The translations under genes and the position numbers were made by a program. This document shows positions 42,701 to 54,000 of a stretch of 64,000 bases of DNA, piece by piece. Where the stretch lies: positions 22,209,605 through 22,273,604 of the forward strand of contig NC_092680.1 of assembly GCF_964355755.1 (NCBI RefSeq), given 5' to 3'. The first letter of the stretch is position 1, and the number at the start of each line of letters is the position of its first letter. This stretch comes from Antedon mediterranea. Lineage: Eukaryota; Animalia; Echinodermata. Below the pieces are notes generated by a model. The model was not told the DNA's origin, did no database searches, and worked only from the letters and a program-made list of their open reading frames with translations.

Positions 42701-45700
42701 CTACACTTTGAAAGCAAAGCATGATTATTGTTGCAGAGCTCAAAGTATGCATTTTAACTACTTATCTTCTGTCTATATTTATCAAGATAAGATATTTGTT
42801 TTGGGTTGGGGTGTGACGAAATGGAAGCTTCCACTTTTAAAGAGGGAGCTGAGTAAATGAAGAAAATATAATTTGAATTTACAATATATTTATTTTTGTA
42901 CTTAAATTGAACAAAACAAATTCTTCAGAGCACTTAATTGTTAATTCAATATGTTGCCACTGAGAGGCTACTTTGGTCTGGTATTGTGAAGGTTTCTATT
43001 GTCATCTATTGTTATCTATTATAATAGCTGTGTTTGGTTAACAAGGTCATAGAACACCTTTTCTTTTAGTCACAATGTACACTGTATTATGTCATCAATA
43101 GAACAAAAAGGCAGATACCACACATGTTTCAGCAGTTTGCACATTTGAACATCAGTACCCAGGTTTGATTCATCTTACAATACTAGTTCAAGGAATCAGG
43201 ACATATTTAAATATTTAAAAATACATTCTGGAGCTGAAATAACCACAAGTGGAAGTACAGTATATTGTAGAAAGAAGATATACCAATAACAATTATAGAA
43301 GAGAATAATTTCAATAAGATCAAAGAGCAAACCAAAGAGGACCAACAACAACATTTTATTGGATTATATTAACAGGACCAAAGAACTTAATTATACAAAC
43401 TGGATCTACAGACTTGAATTCTACTGACCAAAGGGCAACAGGGTCAAAGGGCTTGGATTATATCAAAGGACCAAATAACACCACCTTATCACCCGTGTTA
43501 CAACTACATTTCAGTTGGAGTATTAGATCTAAAGGATTGATTGGAATTCAGTGCCAAAATAATTGTATTTAGTTCGTAGTAAATTCAAGTGTAATTGAAA
43601 ACCTACTAAAACTGTAGACAACATGGATTTGAATGCAAAATGGAATGGCTTATCTAAACCATTTGATTATATGTTTAAAATAATCATTGTTGGGGACAGT
43701 TTTATTGGAAAATCTAGTTTGGTAGCTAAATTTTTGAATGGAGAGAATGATGTGTGTGAATCACGTGTACCTACTGTTGGTAAGAACTTCATTTCTAGAT
43801 TCTACATAAACTCATACGTTCCGCAGCCTATGGGTTGCGAAATGCAATGGGGAACAAGCACATATTTTGCCTTCTGTGTTGGGTCCAATTGTCTTATTCA
43901 TTGGACCCAATAGTCTTTGTATTTGTGGGAATGGCTAAACGTCTTTACTCACCATCTTTATTGAATACACGTTTAGAGGTTGTATATTTCTTGTTTATCT
44001 TGTAATTTTTATGAGCCAATTCTCAATATGGTATGCGCATAGTTTGATAACTGCAAGTGGAAAATCCACAAAATAGTTAGGCCTGATAATTTCCAACTTT
44101 AGACATGATCGTCTTTAACTGGTTCCATGGTTCCGATGTTTGACAACAAACACCAAATAAAAAAAAATAGAAAAGATCCTTATTTCTACCTCTCTAAAGT
44201 TTTGTAAAAAGTGCAGTGAGCTTTTAAATTATTTTTACATTGGTAGAATTATAAGAGTGCAATTTCTGACTTTTCAAACATTTTGAATATTGGATTAATA
44301 TTAGGTATAATTTAGTGTAATTAAGATTTCTTTTTCCAGCCACATTTTTTCCTGATTCTAATAGTTTAGGGATTAGGTCTAAAACAAAATCAACCGTGTG
44401 TTTATACAGTATGCCCTTTCTGTCATTCTTGCGTATCCATTTTATGGTCGCAAGAAGAATCCATGATTTAGAATCGGGGTCGCTGTTCAAAAAGGTAGTA
44501 GAAAGAATGATAACAACTATTGTAAATTTTTATCTTAACAGGTATAGACTTTAAAATCAAGACAGTTGAGTTGAATGGGAAGAAGATTAAGCTACAAATA
44601 TGGGACACAGCAGGCCAAGAGCGATTCCACACAATCACTACCTCCTATTACAGAGGTGCAATGGGAATTATGCTGGTTTATGATATTACACAAGAGAAAA
44701 CATTTGATAACATTGCAAAATGGTTAAGGAACATCCAGGAAGTATGTCTCATCACTAGCTTCTCAAAAACAAATACATTTTTTCCCGTCCATCTAATATC
44801 ACCCAATTTCCTCAATAACGTTCCATCCCAATGCCTTCGCTCCTCTGGCAAATCATTGTTATCAATATCTGTTCCCTGTTTCTGGACTAAGACTTACGGG
44901 GGTGGATGCTTTCTTTCTTTGGAATGAACTCCCTCATTTTGTAAAACTTTTAACCACTGTTGACTCATTTAAAATTGATTTAAAAACTCATTTATTTAGC
45001 AGATTTCAAGATACAATGCACATTTGATAAACCTTTTGGAATTGGCGCTATATAATGTTTGATTATTATTTATTGTTATTCTAAAAGCATTTGCTAATAT
45101 TTATTTACTATCTTTTGAAGAACTTTACATTGTAAAAACTTTGTCAATTTTCTGTGTATTATATTTAACATTTTAGTGTTTAATTCAGATTTTGTTTTCA
45201 ATTGTAAATAGCATGCAAACGAAGATGTGGAAAAGATGTTACTTGGTAATAAATGTGATATGAATGACAAACGAATGGTGAGCACTGAAAGAGGACAATC
45301 TGTAAGTAACATACTCTACTCTTATAATTGCTTCATTATCGATTTTTTTAGGCCAATCAAGTGTTTGTTGTTGTTGTGAGCCTTTGTTTATATATAACAT
45401 CTTGTGTGATGTCGCCTGTACAGTACATGGGACAGCGATAAAAATTGCTATTGGCTTACTATGACAGTGCCAGTGCTGTACTCTCACTACAGTGTCAGTG
45501 CTGTACTCTCACTACAGTGTCAGTAGTGTAATGTTAACTACAGTGTCAGTGCTGTACTCTCGCTACAGTGTCAGTAGTGTACTGTGTTAACTACAGTGTC
45601 AGTGCTGTACTCTCGCTACAGTGTCAGTAGTGTACTGTGTTAACTACAGTGTCAGTGCTGTACTCTCACTACAGTGTCAGTAGTGTACTGTGTTAACTAC

Positions 45701-48497
45701 AGTGTCAGTGCTGTACTCTCACTAGAGTGTCAGTAGTGTACTGTGTTAACTACAGTGTCAGTGCTGTACTCTCGCTACAGTGTCAGTAGTGTACTGTGTT
45801 AACTACAGTGTCAGTGCTGTACTCTCACTACAGTGTCAGTAGTGTACTGTGTTAACTACAGTGTCAGTGCTGTACTCTCACTACAGTGTCAGTGCTGTAC
45901 TCTCACTACAGTGTCAGTGCTGTACTCTCACTACTGTGTCAGTGCTGTACTCTCACTACAGTGTCAGTAGTGTACTGTGTTAACTACAGTGTCAATGGAG
46001 TAAGAGCAGTTTTCTGTTTGGGCTCATGCCTATTACTTGCTCCTGGCAAGATGAATTGTAAAATGTACTTTATGAACTATTGCCGAATAAATATTATTAT
46101 TATTATTAAATATTATTATTATTATTATAATGCTGTACTCTCACTACAGTGTCAGTAGTGTACTGTGTTAACTACAGTGTCAGTGCTGTACTCTCACTAC
46201 AGTGTCAGTGCTGTACTCTCACTACAGTGTCAATGCTGTACTCTCACTACAGTGTCAGTAGTGTACTGTGTTAACTACAGTGTCAGTGCTGTACTCTCAC
46301 TACAGTGTCAGTGCTGTACTCTCACTACAGTGTCAGTGCTGTACTCTCACTACAGTGTCAGTGCTGTACTCTCACTACAGTGTCAGTAGTGTACTGTGTT
46401 AACTACAGTGTCAGTGCTGTACTCTCACTACAGTGTCAGTAGTGTACTGTGTTAACTAGTGTCGACAGTAATGTACTATGTTAACTACAGTAATTATTGT
46501 TAATAATGTTGTAGATTGCACGAGAGAATGGTATCAAGTTTATGGAGACAAGTGCAAAGACGAATATTAATGTAGAACCAGCTTTTATGACACTGGCAGA
46601 AGATATTCTTAAAAAGGTCAGAATTTAGTATTTTAAGTCTCATCTTTCTACTGTTTTTCATTTCTAGTACTTTGAACCAGGAAATTTTACTGTACAATGT
46701 TGGTACCATACTAAAAAGACTATTTCAGTACTACTCTACAGTGTAGGTACCGTACTAAGATGACTATTTCAGTACTACTCTACAGTGTAGGTACCGTACT
46801 AAGATGACTATTTCAGTACTACTCTACAGTGTAGGTACCGTACTAAGATGACTATTTCAGTATTATAGTGTCTCTAGTATAGACATACGGTTATAACTAC
46901 TCTACAGTGTAGGTACCGTACTAAGATGACTATTTCAGTATTACAGTGTCTCTAGTATAGACATACGGTTATAACTACTCTACAGTGTAGGTACCGTACT
47001 AAGATGACTATTTCAGTATTACAGTGTCTCTAGTATAGACATACGGTTATAACTACAGTGTAGGTACCATACTAAGATGACTATTTCAGTATTACAGTGT
47101 CTCTAGTATAGACATACGGTTATAACTACAGTGTAGATACCGTACTAAGATGACTATTTCAGTATTACAGTGTCTCTAGTATAGACATACGGTTATAACT
47201 ACTCAACAGTGTAGGTACCATACTAAGATGACTATTTCAGTATTACAGTGTCTCTAGTATAGACATACGGTTATAACTACTCTACAGTGTAGGTACCATA
47301 CTAAAATGACTATTTCAGTATTACAGTGTCTCTAGTATAGACATACGGTTATAACTACTCTACAGTGTAGGTACCGTACTAAGATGACTATTTCAGTATT
47401 ACAGTGTCTCTAGTATAGAAATACGGTTATAACTATTCTACAGTGTAGGTACCATACTAAAATGACTATTTCAGTATTACAGTGTCTCTAGTATAGACAT
47501 ACGGTTATAACTACAGTGTAGGTACCATACTAAGATGACTATTTCAGTATTATAGTGTCTCTAGTATAGACATATACGGTTATAACTACTCTACAGTGTA
47601 GGTACCGTACTAAGATGACTATTTCAGTATTACAGTGTCTCTAGTATAGACATACGGTTATAACTACTCTACAGTGTAGGTACCGTACTAAGATGACTAT
47701 TTCAGTATTACAGTGTCTCTAGTATAGACATACGGTTATAACTACTCTACAGTGTAGGTACCGTACTAAGATGACTATTTCAGTATTACAGTGTCTCTAG
47801 TATAGACATACGGTTATAACTACTCTACAGTGTAGGTACCGTACTAAGATGACTATTTCAGTATTACAGTGTCTCTAGTATAGACATACGGTTATAACTA
47901 CAGTGTAGGTACCGTACTAAGATGACTATTTCAGTATTACAGTGTCTCTAGTATAGACATACGGTTATAACTACTCTACAGTGTAGGTACCATACTAAGA
48001 TTACTATTTCAGTATTACAGTGTCTCTAGTATAGACATACAGTTATAACTACAGTGTAGGTACCGTACTAAGATGACTATTTCAGTATTACAGTGTCTCT
48101 AGTATAGACATACGGTTATAACTACTCTACAGTGTAGGTACCGTACTAAGATGACTATTTCAGTATTACAGTGTCTCTAGATACGGTTATAACTACAGTG
48201 TCAGTAGTGTACTACTATGGTAGTGTACTGTGATAAATTATTATTGGTTTTTATTCAAATTCAAACAATGTTAAAACAGCAGAAAAACTACTACATTGAG
48301 ATCCGGTCACTGATACCCACAGTATTGTTGTTGTTCAGTAACTTTATGGTTACATACAGGTACTGAACTATTTTTATTAGACTTAACAGTGAGAAATGTT
48401 TTTATTTTTACAGTATCCTGTGTCTAATAACACGCAAGCAACAAACTATGTGGATCCTTCTCAAGACAGAAATAAAGAAAAGAGTAAATGCTGTTAA
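30738..48497 (+). CDS. RAB10: Ras-related protein Rab-10; join(30738-30864, 44542-44741, 45212-45301, 46515-46616, 48414-48497), 200 aa
   Basis: [43 protein letters not shown] / [56 protein letters not shown] / [17 protein letters not shown].. / [34 protein letters not shown] / ..KEKSKCC*. All introns are GT-AG, total 603 nt. [10 protein letters not shown] and FHTITTSYY match Rab10 rather than Rab8. Confidence 0.95.
31825..32425. repeat. About 80-bp minisatellite, 7-8 copies
   Basis: gaactgaatctgatgaacagtagaggccaatcacaatttggtcga core repeated. Confidence 0.9.
32432..34174. repeat. 35-bp minisatellite, about 50 copies
   Basis: tacactgaccccttctatagtttatagctatcctg repeated. Confidence 0.95.
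35354..35495 (+). CDS. Rab10 candidate alternative first exon V2
   Basis: [48 protein letters not shown]|gtatgt; 142 nt, phase 1. Confidence 0.8.
36072..36757. repeat. About 109-bp minisatellite, about 6 copies
   Basis: tatgtgcttgaccagaatattaggcctaaactgtgttaggccaactagacctggtcatactactg repeated. Confidence 0.9.
36961..37063 (+). CDS. Rab10 candidate alternative first exon V3
   Basis: [35 protein letters not shown]|gtaagt; 103 nt, phase 1; in-frame TGA upstream at 36928. Confidence 0.72.
37332..37730. repeat. 46-bp minisatellite, about 8 copies
   Basis: gattatacagagagtattgctgtgtgtccctagtctaaattatgat repeated. Confidence 0.95.
37845..38400. repeat. 62-bp minisatellite, about 9 copies
   Basis: gtgtgtcaactcatggtatctgtggtgtatagtgttcagacacaacgtttaccaacgacact repeated. 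Confidence 0.95.
38928..39174 (+). CDS. Rab10 candidate alternative first exon V4 (start could be 38928 or 38988)
   Basis: ..[41 protein letters not shown]|gtaaga; 247 nt, phase 1. Confidence 0.75.
39365..39760. repeat. About 62-67-bp minisatellite, about 6 copies
   Basis: tacatgaaataatctattaaccctgagaatgacaatgtagttttggttgccctaatcattttacag repeated. Confidence 0.85.
40685..40799 (+). CDS. Rab10 candidate alternative first exon V5 (absent from the supplied ORF track)
   Basis: [39 protein letters not shown]|gtaagt; 115 nt, phase 1; in-frame TAA upstream at 40673. Confidence 0.78.
41377..42750. repeat. Variable-length (about 95-135 bp) minisatellite
   Basis: cccactttaacaatggtagtgtccactatgggtggttaatg..cctacactttgaaagcaaagcatg..gcagtgctcaaagtacat repeated about 10 times. 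Confidence 0.9.
42443..42655. mobile_element. MITE inserted in a minisatellite unit
   Basis: TIRs tgtcgtattcga / tcgaatacgaca with a 3-bp AAT target duplication; sister units show the empty site ttaatgttctgg. Confidence 0.8.
43623..43779 (+). CDS. Rab10 candidate alternative first exon V6
   Basis: [53 protein letters not shown]|gtaaga; 157 nt, phase 1. Confidence 0.78.
44810..45075 (+). mobile_element. Decayed 3' fragment of an L2/CR1-type LINE in Rab10 intron 2
   Basis: Frameshifted remnants LRSS..LL..VP....KTYG / LWNELP..VK...TVDSFK..LKTHLF followed by ggcgctatataa and an att-rich tail, typical of L2/CR1 ORF2 C-termini. Confidence 0.6.
45463..46490. repeat. Alternating 25/28-bp minisatellite in Rab10 intron 3, interrupted at about 45995-46130 by unrelated sequence with an (ATT)n tail
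   Basis: actacagtgtcagtgctgtactctc and actacagtgtcagtagtgtactgtgtta units. Confidence 0.9.
46700..48205. repeat. About 73-78-bp minisatellite in Rab10 intron 4
   Basis: ctacagtgtaggtaccgtactaagatgactatttcagtattacagtgtctctagtatagacatacggttataactact repeated. Confidence 0.95.
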
Positions 48498-49574
48498 CTG
48501 ATTTATAAGATAATTTATTAGTCTATGTGACATTTATTTGATGACTGTAAAACATTAAGGCGTTACAATAGAGCAATGTCATTGAGAGATTATAGATATG
48601 AAGCAGACTCATCGCACTATTTAGCTGACCAGACCTGCGCAAGACACTTGCATGTACAGATCCATCAACAATTTGAAGACTTATTAATGATAAACCTGGT
48701 GGGATGGATATTATTGCCCAAATCATGTAAACAGAACGCAACAGACATGTACATATAAGTTTATATAGGGAGTAATAAGTAAAATCTAGTTATCGCTCGC
48801 ATGGCTTAATGTTAAAATATTGCCACTGTTCAAACCAAAATTGTACTATTAGCCAACATTTATTATTATTATTATTTAAAAGACAATACTTGGTAAATTT
48901 GTTGGTTAATTTACAGAATAATGTATTTGAATTGATGGTATACTATTGGAATTGTTGGTATACTATTGTTATGTCAATCACATTGGGAATAGCAAGTTTA
49001 TGTACAAACAGGTTTTTTACTATACTATTTGAAATATTAACATCATTAGTCCAACATTAGTTTCTTCATCCAGTTCAAATTAACAAATGATTATCAACAA
49101 TTGTTCAAATTTGATTGATTTTGAGGCATTTTCTGATATTAAATGTTAACATACAATGTTTTGAAATTACTAAAATTGAGATGAACAAACTAGCATAGCA
49201 TATCTGTACAGTTGCCTGTCGTTATATCTATGATGTGTTTCAATTACACAGAGATTTACAAGGAGTTGCAAGTGGTGATTTGTATATTTGCATTAATAGG
49301 TTTAGTAGAGCAAGTAACAATTATATTATTCAAATAATTCCCAAACATATTACTATTCACTTGTAAGCTATTTTTGATGTTTGCTATATTTTCACAAGTA
49401 GTTTTTTATATTTGTTTCTTTTTTATTGAATTGATAATACTTGATTATTGTGTTTGCTGTCATGTGACTCTCACATGAAAGTAAATCATTGTTTATGAAA
49501 CTAATAGCTGGCAAGCTTATTTGTTACACAATTAATGACTATGATGACTTTTATTTTTAAACACAATCAAAATG

Positions 49575-49888
49575 TAACATGTATTACATACTGGTGATCC
49601 ATGACTGCAAACCTACTGCTATGTGTATGAATATATAACATGTATTACACAGGTGATCCATGACAGCAAACATACTACTATGTATATGGATATATAACAT
49701 GTATTACATACTGGTGATCCATGACAGCAAACCTACTGCTATGTATATGAATATATAACATGTATTACACAGGTGATCCATGACAGCAAACATACTGCTA
49801 TGTACTGCTATGTATATGAATATATAACATGTATTACATACTGGTGATCCATGACAGCAAACATACTACTATGTATATGGATATATAT
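49575..49888. repeat. About 60-bp minisatellite, about 5 copies
   Basis: taacatgtattacatactggtgatccatgacagcaaacatactactatgtatatg repeated. Confidence 0.85.
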
Positions 49889-51042
49889 TTACTTCACACA
49901 CAAACAATACAGTAGTAGTAATATTTTAATATAATAATAATAATAATGTAGAATTGTATTAATAATAATAGAAGACATTTTCAGCTATTTTTAATTTAAA
50001 TATGTTTTTGTAAAAAGACACTCAAATGAAGGCAGTTAGCTAAATTACTACTTTACTATACCGATAGCTTTGTCTAATGGCTTGTAATTTATACTAAAAC
50101 GTATCATTAAATGTTTGATAATGTTCATACATTTCTACATATGTGTAAGTTTAACATAGTCCTAAACCTTCTTACTGGATTTTATAAGTAAGTAAAGTGA
50201 GTATTTTTATTAATTTGTTCTTTATCTGCAAACAGATTATGAATCTTAAAACTATTAGACAATATTACAATATTTTGTATAATTATATTTTGTTTCTTTC
50301 AATTTTACAGAAATATAAAATGCTGAGTGTAGTTGAGTTATTGTACCACAGACTAACATGTATTAAATGTATAAGTATTAAGTTTTTTCTCATTAGATTA
50401 AAAATGTCTATTTGAGATCCCAACTTAAATTTGTTCAATTTTATTTTTATTTCATAATCATTTAGATAATATTAAAGACATATAAACAAACATGACATAA
50501 TACAATATTAATAATTACTCTAGTAGCCAGTCAACTTTCATATGCACTTTGAGTTCCAGAGAATGTGACTTCAGAAATTGGTTAAGGGTTTCCAAACAAT
50601 CATTTTTGCTCGGTTAAACATTTTAAAAATGTGGCGAAAGGGTAGGTGAAATATTATGAAGACCAAACACCAATAGATTTTTTAATTTTGGCAACCAGTG
50701 ACCACAACTAGGTAACATTACCAGTGGACACAACTAGGTAATTCATTCATTCATTCAATCTTTTATTTCGGAAACTCTGGTCCATAGAAAGTACATTACA
50801 TATAAATGAAATAAATAAAATAAACAAAATTACTACTACTCATCTCAGGATGGCATTCCATCTGGAGAGCATCTTCGACTTAACTAAGACGTTGCTTATA
50901 ATCGTTGAGATTAAAATATTTTTGCTTGCATTAAGTCTACACATCAGACCATATATTGATATTCATTCCGTAAACATGAGGCTGGTACTGCAATGTCGAG
51001 GCCTTTGGTAATATTACCACTGATCACAACTAGGTAATATTA

Positions 51043-54000
51043 CTAGACGTACTGTCCTGGTGACGTCTAGACGTACTGTCCTGGTGACGTCTAGACGTAC
51101 TGTCCTGGTGACGTCTAGACGTACTGTCCTGGTGACGTCTAGACGTACTGTCCTGGTGACGTCTAGACGTACTGTCATGGTGACGTCTAGACGTACTGTC
51201 ATGGTGACGTCTAGACGTACTGTCATGGTGACGTCTAGACGTACTGTCATGGTGACGTCTAGACGTAATAGTGACAACCAGACGTACTGTCATAGTGACG
51301 TCTAGACGTACTGTCATAGTGACGTCTAGACGTAATAGTGACGTCTAGATGTACTTTCCTAGTGACGTCTAGACGTACTGTCCTAGTGACGTCTAGACGT
51401 ACTGTCCTAGTGACGTATGGACGTATTGTCCTAGTAACGTCTGGACGTACTGTCCTAGTGAAGTCTGGACGTACTGTCCTAGTGACGTCTGGACGTACTG
51501 TCCTAGTGACGTCTAGACGTACTGTCATAGTGATGTCTAGACGTAATAGTGACGTCTAGACGTACTTTCCTAGTGACGTCTAGATTTTTGGTTGTTTGTT
51601 TTATCTTTATACTAGTTGACCTCTTCAGTCAAAGACTGATTTCCCAGAGGACCCAGTTGGTGATCAGTGGCTGTGATGTACTAATACACCGGTGTAACCC
51701 CCTACTCGTCTCGAAAGATGTAATAGGTTCTTTATAGTGCACACGAGCAAGTTGTGTACACTGGACCTACGGTTTATAGTCCTTATCAGAGAAGACTCGT
51801 TCTACCACCAGAACCATGGAGTGAGTGAGCCTCGAACCCCTGCCGATGTTATGGCTACGTGATTACGGTTCCACTGTCTTAACCGCTCGGCCACTCACTC
51901 ACTCTCACAACGTACTGTCCTAGTGACGTCTAGACGTACTGTCGTAGTGACGTCTAGACGTACTGTCCTAGTGACGTCTAGACGTACTGTCCTAGTGACG
52001 TCTAGACGTACTGTAGTAGTGACGTCCAGACGTGCTGTAGTAGTGACGTCCAGACGTGCTGTCGTAGTGACGTCCAGACGTACTGTCGTAGTGACGTCTA
52101 GACATACTGTCCTAGTGACGTCTAGACGTACTGTCGTAGTGACGTCTAGACGTACTGTCCTAGTGACGTCTAGACGTACTGTCCTAGTGACGTCTAGACG
52201 TACTGTAGTAGTGACGTCCAGACGTGCTGTAGTAGTGACGTCCAGACGTGCTGTCGTAGTGACGTCCAGACATACTGTCGTAGTGACGTCTAGACGTAAT
52301 GTCGTAGTGACGTCTAGACGTACTGTCATAGTGACGTCCAGACGTGCTGTCGTAGTGACGTCTAGACGTGCTGTTGTATTGACGTCTTGACGTGCTGTCG
52401 TAGTGACGTCTAGACGTGCTGTCGTAGTGACGTCTAGACGTGCTGTCGTAGTGATGTCTAGACATAATAGTGACGTCTAGACGTACTGTCATAGTGACGT
52501 CTAGACGTACTGTCATAGTGACGTCTAGACGTACTGTCATAGTGACGTCTAGACGTACTGTCATAGTGACGTCTAGACGTACTGTCATAGTGACGTCTAG
52601 ACGTACTGTCATAGTGACGTCTAGACGTACTGTCATAGTGACGTCTAGACGTACTGTCATAGTGACGTCTAGACGTAATAGTGACGTCTAGAAGTACTGT
52701 CATAGTGACGTCTAGACGTACTTTCCTAGCGACGTCTAGACGTACTGTCCTAGTGATGTCTAGACGTACTTTCCTAGTGACGTCTAGACGTATTTTTCTA
52801 GTGACGTCTAGACGTACTGTCATGGTGACGTCTAGACGTACTGTCATGGTGATGTCAAGACGTACTGTCATGGTGACGTCTAGATGTACTGTCATGGTGA
52901 CGTCTAGACGTACTGTCATGGTGACGTCTAGACGTACTGTCATGGTGACGTCTAGACGTACTGTCATGGTGACGTCTAGACTTACTGTCATGGTCATGGT
53001 GACGTCCAGACGTGCTGTCGTGGTGACGTCTAGACGTGCTGTCGTGGTGATGTCTAGACGTGCTGTTGTAGTGCCGTCTAGACGTGCTGTCGTAGTGACG
53101 TCTAGACGTGATGTCGTAGTGACGTCTAGACGTGCTGTCATAGTGATGTCTAGACGTAATAGTGATGTCTGGACGTAATAGTGACGTCTATACGTACGGT
53201 CATAGTGACGTCTAGACGTACTGTCATAGTGACGTCTAGACGTACTGTCCTAGTGACGTCTAGACGTACTTTCCTAGTGACGTCTAGATGTACTTTCCTA
53301 GTGACGTCTAGACGTATTGTCCTAGTAACGTGTAGAATACTTTCCTAGTGATGTCTAGACGTACTTTCCTAGTGACTTCTAGACGTACTTTCCTAGTGAC
53401 AACTAGACGTACTGTCTTAGTGACGTCTAGACGTAATTGTACCGTCTAGACGTACTTTCCTAGTGACGTCTAGATGTACTGTCCTAGTGACGTCTAGACG
53501 TACTGTCCTAGTGACGTCTAGACGTACTGTTGTAGTGACGTCTAGATGTACTGTCGTAGTGACGTCTAGATGTACTGTCGTAGTGACGTCTAAACGTACT
53601 GTCCTAGTGATGTCTAGACGTACTGTCGTAGAGATGTCTAGACGTAATGTCGTAGTGACGTCTAGACGTGCTGTCGTATTGACGTCTAGACGTACTTTCC
53701 TAGGGACATCTAGACGTACTTTCCTAGTGACGTCTAGATGTACGGTCCTAGTGATGTCTAGACATACTGTCATAGTGACGTCTAGACGTACTTTCCTGGT
53801 GACGTCTAGACGTACTGTCCTGGTGACGTCTAGACGTGCTGTCCTAGTGACGTCTAGACGTATTGTCCTAGTAATGTCTATACGTACTGTCCTAGTGACG
53901 TCTAGACATACTGTCCTAGTGACGTCTAGACGTACTGTCAAAGTGACGTCTAAACGTAATAGTGACGTCTAGACGTACTTTCCTAGTGACGTCTAGATGT

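Noticed and set aside
35354-43913. Treating the Rab-like ORFs as separate tandem Rab genes
   Set aside because: None is followed by its own DTAGQ, NKxD or SAK exons; similarity stops at the GT donor.
50743-51005. Possible LINE 3' tail with (CATT)n
   Set aside because: Too short and degenerate to assign without a repeat library.
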